Assembly: GCA_902796445.1 (NCBI GenBank) | Contig: CADBPJ010000010.1 | Location: forward strand, 1 to 42,203 | DNA: 42,203 nt | Direction: 5' to 3' | Source: an uncultured Ruminococcus sp. | GTDB taxonomy: Bacteria > Bacillota > Clostridia > UBA1381 | Shown: piece after piece, positions 34,641 through 42,203 of the stretch | How the letters are laid out: each line of letters opens with the position of its first letter | Numbering within the stretch: the first letter of the stretch is position 1 | Notes under the pieces: generated by a model | Database searches by the model: none | Told to the model about the DNA's origin: nothing | Seen by the model: the letters and a program-made list of their open reading frames with translations, nothing else | Translations under genes and position numbers: made by a program

Positions 34641-36080
34641 TTATTTTCTCCAAGTTCTCGGTGAGAACAACATAAGTATAGGGAATATTTCAAGTCTGCC
34701 GATAAGCATATCAAGCGATAGGACTATTTTTGACAGATTTGAAAACTCCGCATAGTTGCGTGTAGGACCGACAAGTGAAAGACCCGGGCCTACGTTATTT
34801 ACTGTTGCCGCAACGGCCGTAAAGTTCGTTGTAGGGTCAAAATTATCAAAGCTTATAATCAGGACCGACAGGGCAAATAATGCCATAAACACTCCGAAAT
34901 ATACACATACTGAACGTACAGTCCCCTCATCAACGGACTTTGCGTTCATTGTAATTTTATGCGTTGCTTTCGGATGTGCCGCAAGCTTTATTTCTCTGCG
35001 TATGGATTTAAAGAGTATCAGTATTCGTGACACCTTTATACCGCCGCCCGTACTGCCCGCACACGCACCTACAAACATCAGTATTACAAGAATTGTTTTT
35101 GATAATGCAGGCCATATATCAAAGTCGGTTGTTGTATAGCCTGTTGTTGTAATAATTGATGCTACCTGAAAGAATCCGTGACGTAATGACGTATTAAAGT
35201 TTGGATAAAGGTAGTTTGTGTTCAAGCTTATGACTAATGCTGAAATTAGTATTATTAGTATATATACACGCACCTCTTCAGATTTAAAGAATGAGCTTAT
35301 CTTGCGTGTAAGGATAAGATAATACAGCGAGAAATCTATTCCGAACAGTATCATAAACACTGTTATTACTTTTTGTATGTATGGGGAATAATCAGCAATA
35401 CTTGCATTAGTAAGAGCAAAACCACCCGTACCTGCTGTACCGAAGGTGAGGGTCAATGCTTCAAAAAGGCTCGCTTTGCCAAAAAGCATAAAGATTACTT
35501 GAATAAGGGTCAAACCGACATATATCAGGTATAGGATTTTTGCTGACGATTTAAGCTTGGGAACAAGCTTTCCGACTGACGGACCGGGACTTTCTGCACG
35601 TAATACATACATCGTACTGCCGTTGTCGTGGGGGATAACCGCCATTATAAATACAAGTACACCCATACCGCCTATCCAATGCGTGAAGCTACGCCAGAGC
35701 AGGTGTGCATTTGATAATGCTCCGACATCGGGTAAAATTGATGCACCTGTTGTTGTAAAACCTGAAACGGTTTCAAATAATGCATCAATATAGCTTGGTA
35801 TGTAGCCTGAAATCCAAAACGGGATTGCACCGAAAAGGCTTATAACTATCCAGGTGAGAGCCGCAATTACAAAACCCTCTCTTGAATACATTGTCTTGTT
35901 CTTAGGCTTTATAATTGTGAGTGTAGCACCTACTGCCAGACACAGCAATGCACACAGTGAATATATTAGTAAGTCTTGCATATCACCGTAGCATATAGCA
36001 CATATTACGGGTAGGAGCATACCAGCACTTTCGATAATTAAAGCAAGTCCCAAAGTGTGTAATATAATTTTATAATTCAT
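34641..36080 (-). CDS. trkH: TrkH/KtrB-family potassium uptake membrane protein
   Basis: 479 aa polytopic protein with repeated selectivity-filter-like motifs (SGFTTTGAS, GTAGTGGF, TTTGYTT, GSTGGGIK). Confidence 0.9.
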   Translation of the reverse strand: MNYKIILHTLGLALIIESAGMLLPVICAICYGDMQDLLIYSLCALLCLAVGATLTIIKPKNKTMYSREGFVIAALTWIVISLFGAIPFWISGYIPSYIDALFETVSGFTTTGASILPDVGALSNAHLLWRSFTHWIGGMGVLVFIMAVIPHDNGSTMYVLRAESPGPSVGKLVPKLKSSAKILYLIYVGLTLIQVIFMLFGKASLFEALTLTFGTAGTGGFALTNASIADYSPYIQKVITVFMILFGIDFSLYYLILTRKISSFFKSEEVRVYILIILISALVISLNTNYLYPNFNTSLRHGFFQVASIITTTGYTTTDFDIWPALSKTILVILMFVGACAGSTGGGIKVSRILILFKSIRREIKLAAHPKATHKITMNAKSVDEGTVRSVCVYFGVFMALFALSVLIISFDNFDPTTNFTAVAATVNNVGPGLSLVGPTRNYAEFSNLSKIVLSLDMLIGRLEIFPILMLFSPRTWRK

Positions 36081-36116
36081 ATTTGACCATTAAATCCTTT
36101 CACAAAACAGGCAATT

Positions 36117-37490
36117 TTATTCAAATTTACCTCGCTTTAAAATCTCGCTTATGTCTTTGTGCCCCAACGCAGTGGTTACGACAATAACTGTATCGTTTGG
36201 CATCATAACATCGTTACCGCGTGGGATTATAATATTTCCGTTTCTGTTAATGCACGCAATGATTGCATTTTTGTTTATGCTAAGATTTTGCAAAGGAATA
36301 TTTGCAATAGGCGAATTTTCTCTTATTCTGAACTCCAAGGCCTCTGCCTTGCCGTTAAGTATACGGTGCATTGTTTCGATATTACTACCCATAGAGTTCT
36401 TTTTTGCACGTACAAACTGAACGATATATTCGGCTGTTATATTTTTGGGACATATTGTAGTACCTAAGTCAAGACCGTTAATTACGTCATCATATGCTAT
36501 ACGATTAATCTTAGTTATAAGCTTACCATTTGTAATGGTTTTTGCAAACATTGACAACAGGATATTTTCCTCATCAATATTTGTGAGGGATACAAAGGAT
36601 GATGCATTTGCCAGCCCCTCTTCAAGGAGTTGTTTGTTGTCAGTGCCGTCTGCATTTATGATGGTAGCCTTGGGGAGTAGATTACAAAGCTCATCACAGC
36701 GGTTTGAATCCTTTTCAAGAATTTTCACGTTAATACCCGATTGCTGCAGCAGGCTTGCAAGATATACAGCCGTTTCACCGCCGCCAATAATCATTGTGTC
36801 GCTAACCTTGCCTGATTTAATTCCTGCCTTTTTAAAGAATTTTGTTTCTGTTTTTAAAGACATCAGTACACTTATATAATCACCGCTTTTGAGGACGAAA
36901 TCGCCATGAGGAATAATTGTCTCATCATTTCTCTCAACTCCGCATACAAGCACGTCACAGTTAAGCTTTCCGACAATATCGGCAACACGGCTGTTGTCGA
37001 GTGTGGAATTATCAGGTATTCGGAATTTTAAAATCTCCGCTCTGCCTTTTGAAAATGTATCAATACTTATGGCGGCGGGAAAACGTAAATTTCGTGCAAT
37101 TACGGCAGCTGCGGCACGTTCGGGATTTATTATCATAGAAAGCCCGAAATCTTTAGTAAACAGCGATACTTCCTTATTGTATTCAGGATTTCTGACACGT
37201 GCAATCGTCTGGCATTTACCTATTTTCCGCGCAACAAGGCAAGTCAATAAATTGATTTCATCAGACGTAGTAACGGCAATTAAAATATCTGCATTTTTAA
37301 CACCTGCATCAGTAAGTGCATCAACACTTGTTCCACTGCCAATAACACCCATTACATCGTGCTGATTAACTATAGCATTTATTGCGACACTGCGTGTATC
37401 GACAACCGTAACATTATGCTCTTTTTCAAGACATAGCATTTCTACTATTTTCTTGCCTACATTTCCGCATCCGACAACTATTATATTCAT
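36117..37490 (-). CDS. trkA: Trk system potassium uptake protein TrkA (tandem RCK/NAD-binding domains)
   Basis: MNIIVVGCGNVGKKI Rossmann motif and a second IIGGGETAVYLA motif. Start set at ATG 37490 (GGAGA 6 nt upstream). The track ORF is extended to 37541, into the upstream gene. Confidence 0.9.
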   Translation of the reverse strand: MNIIVVGCGNVGKKIVEMLCLEKEHNVTVVDTRSVAINAIVNQHDVMGVIGSGTSVDALTDAGVKNADILIAVTTSDEINLLTCLVARKIGKCQTIARVRNPEYNKEVSLFTKDFGLSMIINPERAAAAVIARNLRFPAAISIDTFSKGRAEILKFRIPDNSTLDNSRVADIVGKLNCDVLVCGVERNDETIIPHGDFVLKSGDYISVLMSLKTETKFFKKAGIKSGKVSDTMIIGGGETAVYLASLLQQSGINVKILEKDSNRCDELCNLLPKATIINADGTDNKQLLEEGLANASSFVSLTNIDEENILLSMFAKTITNGKLITKINRIAYDDVINGLDLGTTICPKNITAEYIVQFVRAKKNSMGSNIETMHRILNGKAEALEFRIRENSPIANIPLQNLSINKNAIIACINRNGNIIIPRGNDVMMPNDTVIVVTTALGHKDISEILKRGKFE

Positions 37491-37503
37491 ATTTTTCTCC
37501 ATT

Positions 37504-39834
37504 TTAGCTGATGGTAAGAACAATTTCGTTGTCCTTAGCATCTGCTGTAATTTGTGTATTTTCCTTTATTTTTCCTGTAAGCGCAAGCTTTGCTAATTTA
37601 TCCTCAAGCAACGAACGTATCGCACGCTTTAGCGGTCTTGCTCCGAATTTCACATCATAGCCTGATTCCAATATTAAATCCTTTGCCGCATCTGTAACGG
37701 TGATTGAAGCATTTTTCTCGCTTATTTTCTCTGTAATATCATTCAGCATGAGGTCGATAATTTCGCGAAGCTCCTCTTTTGTAAGCGGTTTAAATACAAC
37801 CGTTTCATCAATTCTGTTAAGGAACTCAGGTCTGAAAAACTGTTTCAAGCTCTTATCAACATTGTCTTTCATTGTGACCTCGGTATCACGTGCAAAGCCT
37901 GTCTTGTTTGATGAAAACTCTGTACCTGAATTTGTAGTCATTACAATTATTGTGTTCTCGAAATTAATTATTTTTCCGTGACTGTCAGCAATTCGCCCGT
38001 CATCAAGTATTTGTAAAAACAGATTAAACACATCAGGGTGTGCCTTTTCTATCTCATCAAGTAAAATTACGGAATACGGCTTTCTGCGTATCTTTTCAGT
38101 AAGCTGACCGGCATCATCATATCCGACATAGCCGGGGGGAGAACCGATAAGCTTTGACACTGCGTGCTTTTCCATATACTCCGACATATCTATGCGTACC
38201 AAGGCTTCTTCGTTATTGAACATTACCTCGGCAATGGTTTTTACAAGCTCTGTTTTACCCACACCTGTAGGACCTGCAAATATAAATGAAACAGGACGTT
38301 TCTTTGTCGTTATATCTGCACGACCTCGCCGTATTGCACGTGCAACGGCAGATACTGCCTCCTCTTGTCCTATTACACGTTCGTGTATGCGTTCTTCAAG
38401 ATGAAGAAGCTTTTCAGTTTCGTCCTCTGTCAGTCTGTGTACAGGGATTTTCGTCCAACCCTCGATTACTGCGGCAATATCGTCAAATGTGATTTCGACA
38501 TTCGCTGATGCCTTTTCGCACTGTGCTTTCTCTGCCTCAAGACGCATTTTCTCTGAACGGAGATTTGCGATTTTTTCATAATCGGGATTTTCCTTTCCTG
38601 AATTGTTTTCTTCTTCAAGCTCGGTGTCAATTATTCCAAGACGTTCATTTATCAATGTAAGCTTGTAAAGCTCTTTGTTTTTCAGATTTACACGTGAGCC
38701 AGCCTCGTCAATGACATCAATGGCCTTGTCGGGCAAAAATCTGTCTGTGATATATCTTTCTGACATTTTAACGGCCTGTTCTACAATATCATTTGAGATT
38801 TTTACCTTGTGGTAGTCCTCATAGTAGTCCTTGATGCCGTTTAGAATTTCTACGCTTTCCTCGATTGACGGCTCATCAACAAGAACAGGCTGGAAACGGC
38901 GTTCCAATGCTGTGTCCTTTTCGATGTGCTTTCTGTACTCAGTAAGAGTTGTTGCACCGATTATCTGTATCTCACCGCGTGCCAACGCAGGCTTTAGTAT
39001 GTTTGCCGCACTCATTGCACCCTCGGCATCGCCTGCGGCAACAATGTTATGGATTTCGTCAATCACAAGGACCACATTACCGCGTTCCTCTGCCTCTTTT
39101 AAGAGCGATTTAAGACGTGATTCGAACTGACCTCTGAATTGTGTTCCTGCCACAAGTGCGGCAAAATCAATAAGATAGAGGCGTACATCAAAAAGCTTTG
39201 GCGGTACACTGCGTTCAAAAATACGCATTGCAAGGCCTTCTGCAACTGCTGTTTTGCCTACACCCGGCTCGCCCAAAAGAATTGGATTGTTCTTAGTACG
39301 TCGGTTTAAAATCTGAATAACACGTTCGATTTCATCATTTCGGCTTACAACTCTGTCAACTTTTCCTAATGCCGCACGAGCTGTAAGGTCCGTTCCGTAC
39401 GTGTCGAGCATACTCTTTTTGCCATTCTTTTTCTTGTCTTTTTTGTCAGACTTTTTGTCGGTATCATCGCCTTTTTTTGAACTGCCGCCAAAAATGTTAT
39501 TCATAAAATCGGATAGGGGAGCTGTTGCGGCACCGCCTTCTGTGTCCTCATCTGCGTCCATGCCCATATTCATAAGCATATTTGCCTCCATTTCCTTTAA
39601 CCCCTCGGGACCGCCCATGCTTTCAATCATATCATTCATCTGCTCATTGATAGACTCGATTTCATCTGCACCTATACCAAATTTCTCAAACATCTGGTCA
39701 ACAGGTGCAAGCCCCAATTCCTTAGCACAGGACAAACAATATCCCTCCATAGACGTTTTTCCGCCCTCTACCTTCGTTATATACATAACAGCGGGTCTTA
39801 CTCCGCATTTTACACACATTTCCATATATTTCAA
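37504..39834 (-). CDS. clpE: Class I Clp/Hsp100 AAA+ ATPase, ClpE-like (N-terminal C4 zinc finger in place of the Clp-N repeat domain)
   Basis: CVKC-x22-CLSC at residues 7-36. D1 Walker [10 protein letters not shown] and Walker [10 protein letters not shown] short coiled-coil M region. D2 Walker [10 protein letters not shown] and Walker [14 protein letters not shown] start at 39834 (AAAGGA 5 nt upstream); ATG 39825 is an alternative. Confidence 0.85.
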   Translation of the reverse strand: MKYMEMCVKCGVRPAVMYITKVEGGKTSMEGYCLSCAKELGLAPVDQMFEKFGIGADEIESINEQMNDMIESMGGPEGLKEMEANMLMNMGMDADEDTEGGAATAPLSDFMNNIFGGSSKKGDDTDKKSDKKDKKKNGKKSMLDTYGTDLTARAALGKVDRVVSRNDEIERVIQILNRRTKNNPILLGEPGVGKTAVAEGLAMRIFERSVPPKLFDVRLYLIDFAALVAGTQFRGQFESRLKSLLKEAEERGNVVLVIDEIHNIVAAGDAEGAMSAANILKPALARGEIQIIGATTLTEYRKHIEKDTALERRFQPVLVDEPSIEESVEILNGIKDYYEDYHKVKISNDIVEQAVKMSERYITDRFLPDKAIDVIDEAGSRVNLKNKELYKLTLINERLGIIDTELEEENNSGKENPDYEKIANLRSEKMRLEAEKAQCEKASANVEITFDDIAAVIEGWTKIPVHRLTEDETEKLLHLEERIHERVIGQEEAVSAVARAIRRGRADITTKKRPVSFIFAGPTGVGKTELVKTIAEVMFNNEEALVRIDMSEYMEKHAVSKLIGSPPGYVGYDDAGQLTEKIRRKPYSVILLDEIEKAHPDVFNLFLQILDDGRIADSHGKIINFENTIIVMTTNSGTEFSSNKTGFARDTEVTMKDNVDKSLKQFFRPEFLNRIDETVVFKPLTKEELREIIDLMLNDITEKISEKNASITVTDAAKDLILESGYDVKFGARPLKRAIRSLLEDKLAKLALTGKIKENTQITADAKDNEIVLTIS

Positions 39835-39867
39835 TAATTTCCTTTCAAATTAAAAAATGCCATACAT

Positions 39868-39896
39868 ATTCTACCATATATTTGAGAGATTTAAAA
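39868..39896 (-). promoter_or_regulatory. Candidate promoter of clpE-like-trkA-trkH
   Basis: The minus strand reads TTTTAA (weak -35), a 17-nt spacer, then TGgTAGAAT (extended -10, 39873-39868), with an A-tract upstream. Confidence 0.35.
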
Positions 39897-40008
39897 GCCT
39901 TTTTTTTAAAATTTATAGTTTATTAATTAATTTTAGTGAAAATTGAGTAAAATATGCTTTGCAAATTAATGTATTATGAGAAAATGGTATATTTTTTTGA
40001 TGAAACTA

Positions 40009-40037
40009 TTGTATTTAGTTTAATGTTATGATATAAT
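40009..40037 (+). promoter_or_regulatory. Candidate promoter of panBCD
   Basis: TTGTAT (40009-40014), 17-nt spacer, TGaTATAAT (-10 at 40032-40037). Confidence 0.4.
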
Positions 40038-40106
40038 TAAAAATTATATAATGTGTAAGCTATTACCCTTTTGGGAATGGACTTTAAATGTTGGAAGGAG
40101 AATAAA

Positions 40107-40946
40107 ATGAAAACCACAGTAGCTGATTTTTTATCAATGAAGAAAAACGGCGAGAAAATCACAATGGTAACAGCATATGATTATTCGACCGCAAAGCTGA
40201 TTGATAATTCAGGGATAAATTCTATCCTTGTCGGTGACTCATTAGGTATGGTAATGCTGGGTTATCCCGATACGGTATCAGTAACAATGGAGGATATGCT
40301 CCATCATGTAAAGGCAGTATCACGAGGAACAGAGAATGCGCTTGTAATATGCGATATGCCGTTTATGTCATATCAGACATCTGTCTATGATGCTGTAGTA
40401 AATGCAGGCAGACTGATGAAAGAGGGCAGAGCAGGTGCCGTTAAGCTTGAGGGCGGAAAGGAATATGCAGAGCATGTGCGTGCAATAGTTAATGCATCAA
40501 TCCCTGTCTGCGGTCATATCGGAATGACACCTCAGAGTGTGAACGCATTCGGCGGTTTTAAGGTACAGGGTAAGACAGAGGAAGCAGCACGTAAGCTTAT
40601 TGAAGATGCTATAGCACTCCAAGAGGCAGGTGCATTTGCGGTTGTGATAGAATGTGTACCGCATAAGCTTGCGGAATATATTTCAGAAATTCTTTCTATC
40701 CCCACAATAGGCATAGGAGCAGGCAACGGCTGTAGCGGACAAGTCCTTGTATATCAGGATATGCTTGGAATGTACAGTGATTTTACACCAAAGTTTGTGA
40801 AAAAATTTGCAAATGTGGGCGATGTTATGACCGATGCATTTAAGTCATATAGTGACGAGGTCAAAACAGGAAATTTCCCGACAGAGGAACATTCGTTTAA
40901 AATAGATGATGATATAATAGACAAAATCCGAGGTGACAGACAATGA
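40107..40946 (+). CDS. panB: 3-methyl-2-oxobutanoate hydroxymethyltransferase
   Basis: [25 protein letters not shown] and [12 protein letters not shown] 40107 lies behind GGAAGGAG. The track ORF starts upstream at 40071. Confidence 0.95.
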   Translation: MKTTVADFLSMKKNGEKITMVTAYDYSTAKLIDNSGINSILVGDSLGMVMLGYPDTVSVTMEDMLHHVKAVSRGTENALVICDMPFMSYQTSVYDAVVNAGRLMKEGRAGAVKLEGGKEYAEHVRAIVNASIPVCGHIGMTPQSVNAFGGFKVQGKTEEAARKLIEDAIALQEAGAFAVVIECVPHKLAEYISEILSIPTIGIGAGNGCSGQVLVYQDMLGMYSDFTPKFVKKFANVGDVMTDAFKSYSDEVKTGNFPTEEHSFKIDDDIIDKIRGDRQ

Positions 40947-41794
40947 TACCTGTAGTAAAAACTATAGACGAGATACGCAGTGCCGTAAAGACAGCAAAGA
41001 AACAGGGTAAGACAGTGGGATTAGTACCCACAATGGGTTTTTTGCATGAGGGACATAAATCACTTATAGTCCGTGCCGTAAGTGAGAACGATTTTGTGGT
41101 TGTATCAGACTTTGTAAACCCTACACAGTTCGGACCTAATGAGGACTTTGAAAGCTATCCGAGAGATATAGAAAAGGACAGACTAATGTGTGAGGAGGCA
41201 GGTGCGGATATAATTTTTAATCCCGAACCCTCCGAAATGTATGATAATGCACTTACAACTGTAAGTGTTGACAAAATAACAAAGACACTATGCGGAGCAT
41301 CACGCCCCATTCATTTTGCAGGTGTAGCAACGGTTGTATCAAAGTTATTTAATATTGTAGCACCCGACAGGGCATATTTTGGCGAGAAGGATGCACAGCA
41401 GCTACTTGTTATAAAGAAAATGGTAAAGGACCTCAATTTTGATATAGACATTATAGGCTGTCCCATCATCCGTGAAGATGACGGGCTTGCAAAAAGTTCA
41501 CGAAATACGTATCTTAACCCTGACGAGCGAAAGGCGGCATTGTGTTTGTCACGTGCGTTAAATATTGGCAAGGCGATGATAGATAGTGGTGAAACATCGG
41601 CAAAGGCTGTAAAAGATGCAATAATATCAGAAATAGAAAAAGAGCCTTTGGCACGTATAGACTATGTGGAGATTGCCGATCTTGACACTTTAGAGTCAAC
41701 CGATAAAACAGAGGGCATACTCTGTGCAATAGCTGTGTATATCGGCAAAACGAGATTGATTGATAATTTCATAATAGGGGAAGGTACGAAATGA
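40943..41794 (+). CDS. panC: Pantoate-beta-alanine ligase
   Basis: [17 protein letters not shown] (HIGH-like), [21 protein letters not shown] and SSRN. Confidence 0.95.
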   Translation: MIPVVKTIDEIRSAVKTAKKQGKTVGLVPTMGFLHEGHKSLIVRAVSENDFVVVSDFVNPTQFGPNEDFESYPRDIEKDRLMCEEAGADIIFNPEPSEMYDNALTTVSVDKITKTLCGASRPIHFAGVATVVSKLFNIVAPDRAYFGEKDAQQLLVIKKMVKDLNFDIDIIGCPIIREDDGLAKSSRNTYLNPDERKAALCLSRALNIGKAMIDSGETSAKAVKDAIISEIEKEPLARIDYVEIADLDTLESTDKTEGILCAIAVYIGKTRLIDNFIIGEGTK

Positions 41795-42180
41795 CATTAA
41801 CAATGCTTAAATCCAAAATCCACCGTGCGACAGTGACTCAGGCGGAGCTTGACTATGTAGGTAGTATAACGGTTGATGCGGATTTATTGAAATCAGCGGG
41901 AATTTTGGAATATGAAAAGGTTTTGGTTGTAGACATTACAAACGGATCACGTCTTGAAACCTATACAATAGCAGGTGAGCGCGGCTCGGGCATAATCTGC
42001 CTTAACGGTGCGGCAGCAAAGCTTATTGATGCAGGCGATACTGTTATAATTATGGCATTTGCCGAAATGGACGTGAAAGAGGCAAAGGAGTTTAAGCCTA
42101 CAGTTGTGTTCGTAGACGAGGACAATAAAATAAAATCTATAAAAAATTATGAAATGCATGGGGCATTGGCCGATTGCTAA
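41791..42180 (+). CDS. panD: Aspartate 1-decarboxylase (pyruvoyl-dependent)
   Basis: [25 protein letters not shown] contains the G-S self-cleavage site. Also ETYTI.G.RGSG.I.LNGAAA. Confidence 0.95.
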   Translation: MTLTMLKSKIHRATVTQAELDYVGSITVDADLLKSAGILEYEKVLVVDITNGSRLETYTIAGERGSGIICLNGAAAKLIDAGDTVIIMAFAEMDVKEAKEFKPTVVFVDEDNKIKSIKNYEMHGALADC

Positions 42181-42203
42181 GGAGGAATAAAAAATGAACA
42201 GGA

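Noticed and set aside
37491-37503. A c-di-AMP (ydaO-type) riboswitch in front of trkA.
   Set aside because: The gap to the upstream gene is 13 nt, so there is no room for any riboswitch.
37504-39834. Idea that this is a novel McsA-ClpC fusion protein.
   Set aside because: The CX2C-X22-CX2C finger at the N-terminus of a two-ring Clp ATPase is the known ClpE architecture. Only the linker and the TGF loop are retained as minor oddities.
39835-40106. Search for CtsR boxes, CIRCE, a pan-motif RNA, or small ORFs in the AT-rich clpE/panB divergent spacer.
   Set aside because: There are no GGTCAAA repeats, no TTAGCACTC-N9-GAGTGCTAA and no convincing conserved hairpins. The short ORFs there lack an RBS.
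42194-42203. ATG at 42194, preceded by AAGGAGG, which probably starts the next gene.
   Set aside because: Only 10 nt lie within the window, so no product can be assigned.
1-42203. Whole-window scan for CRISPR repeats, transposase, integrase or phage genes, toxin-antitoxin pairs, restriction-modification or other defence systems, and tRNA or rRNA genes.
   Set aside because: I recognised none. Every ORF over 60 aa that I accept has a housekeeping, sporulation or metabolic assignment, and the intergenic regions are short. By-eye scanning could miss short or degenerate elements.

Overview
This window is a chromosomal core region from a low-GC, endospore-forming Firmicute. Gene order looks Clostridia-like, and the sporulation genes sigG, ylbJ, yqfC and yqfD are present. 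I call about 46 protein genes, almost all housekeeping. Left to right: sigG (partial), asnB, ruvAB, a multidomain cell-wall amidase, a Toprim/DUF4093 gene, ylxM-ffh-rpsP-khpA-rimM-trmD, a ComEA-like gene plus an uncharacterised methyltransferase, an ABC exporter (-), ylbJ (-), yqfCD-phoH-ybeY-era-recO, rpsT, hemW, rpmG-secE-nusG-rplKA-rplJL-yceD-rpmF, an amino-sugar operon, purC-purB-purA, clpE-like-trkA-trkH (-), and panBCD. I found no rRNA or tRNA genes, CRISPR arrays, transposases, integrases, prophage genes or recognisable defence genes. Start codons were refined from the ORF track using RBS spacing. rpmF is under 60 aa, so it is missing from the track and was added by hand. The items most worth follow-up are: (1) the operon at 26012-30589, which combines an anomeric HexNAc 1-kinase (NahK/AmgK-like), a sugar-1-P nucleotidyltransferase, a NagB::ROK-kinase fusion and NagA, behind tandem promoters with a perfect 11-bp inverted repeat; (2) two copies of an apparent 23S L1-stalk mimic, one before rplK and one before rplA; (3) a 46-aa acidic Pro/Ala/Glu tail on ribosomal protein L10; (4) a zinc-finger ClpE-type ATPase placed directly upstream of trkA-trkH; (5) several long GC-rich imperfect hairpins in intergenic regions. 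None of these is demonstrably a new system from sequence alone. All homology statements rest on motif recognition and memory, not on database searches.
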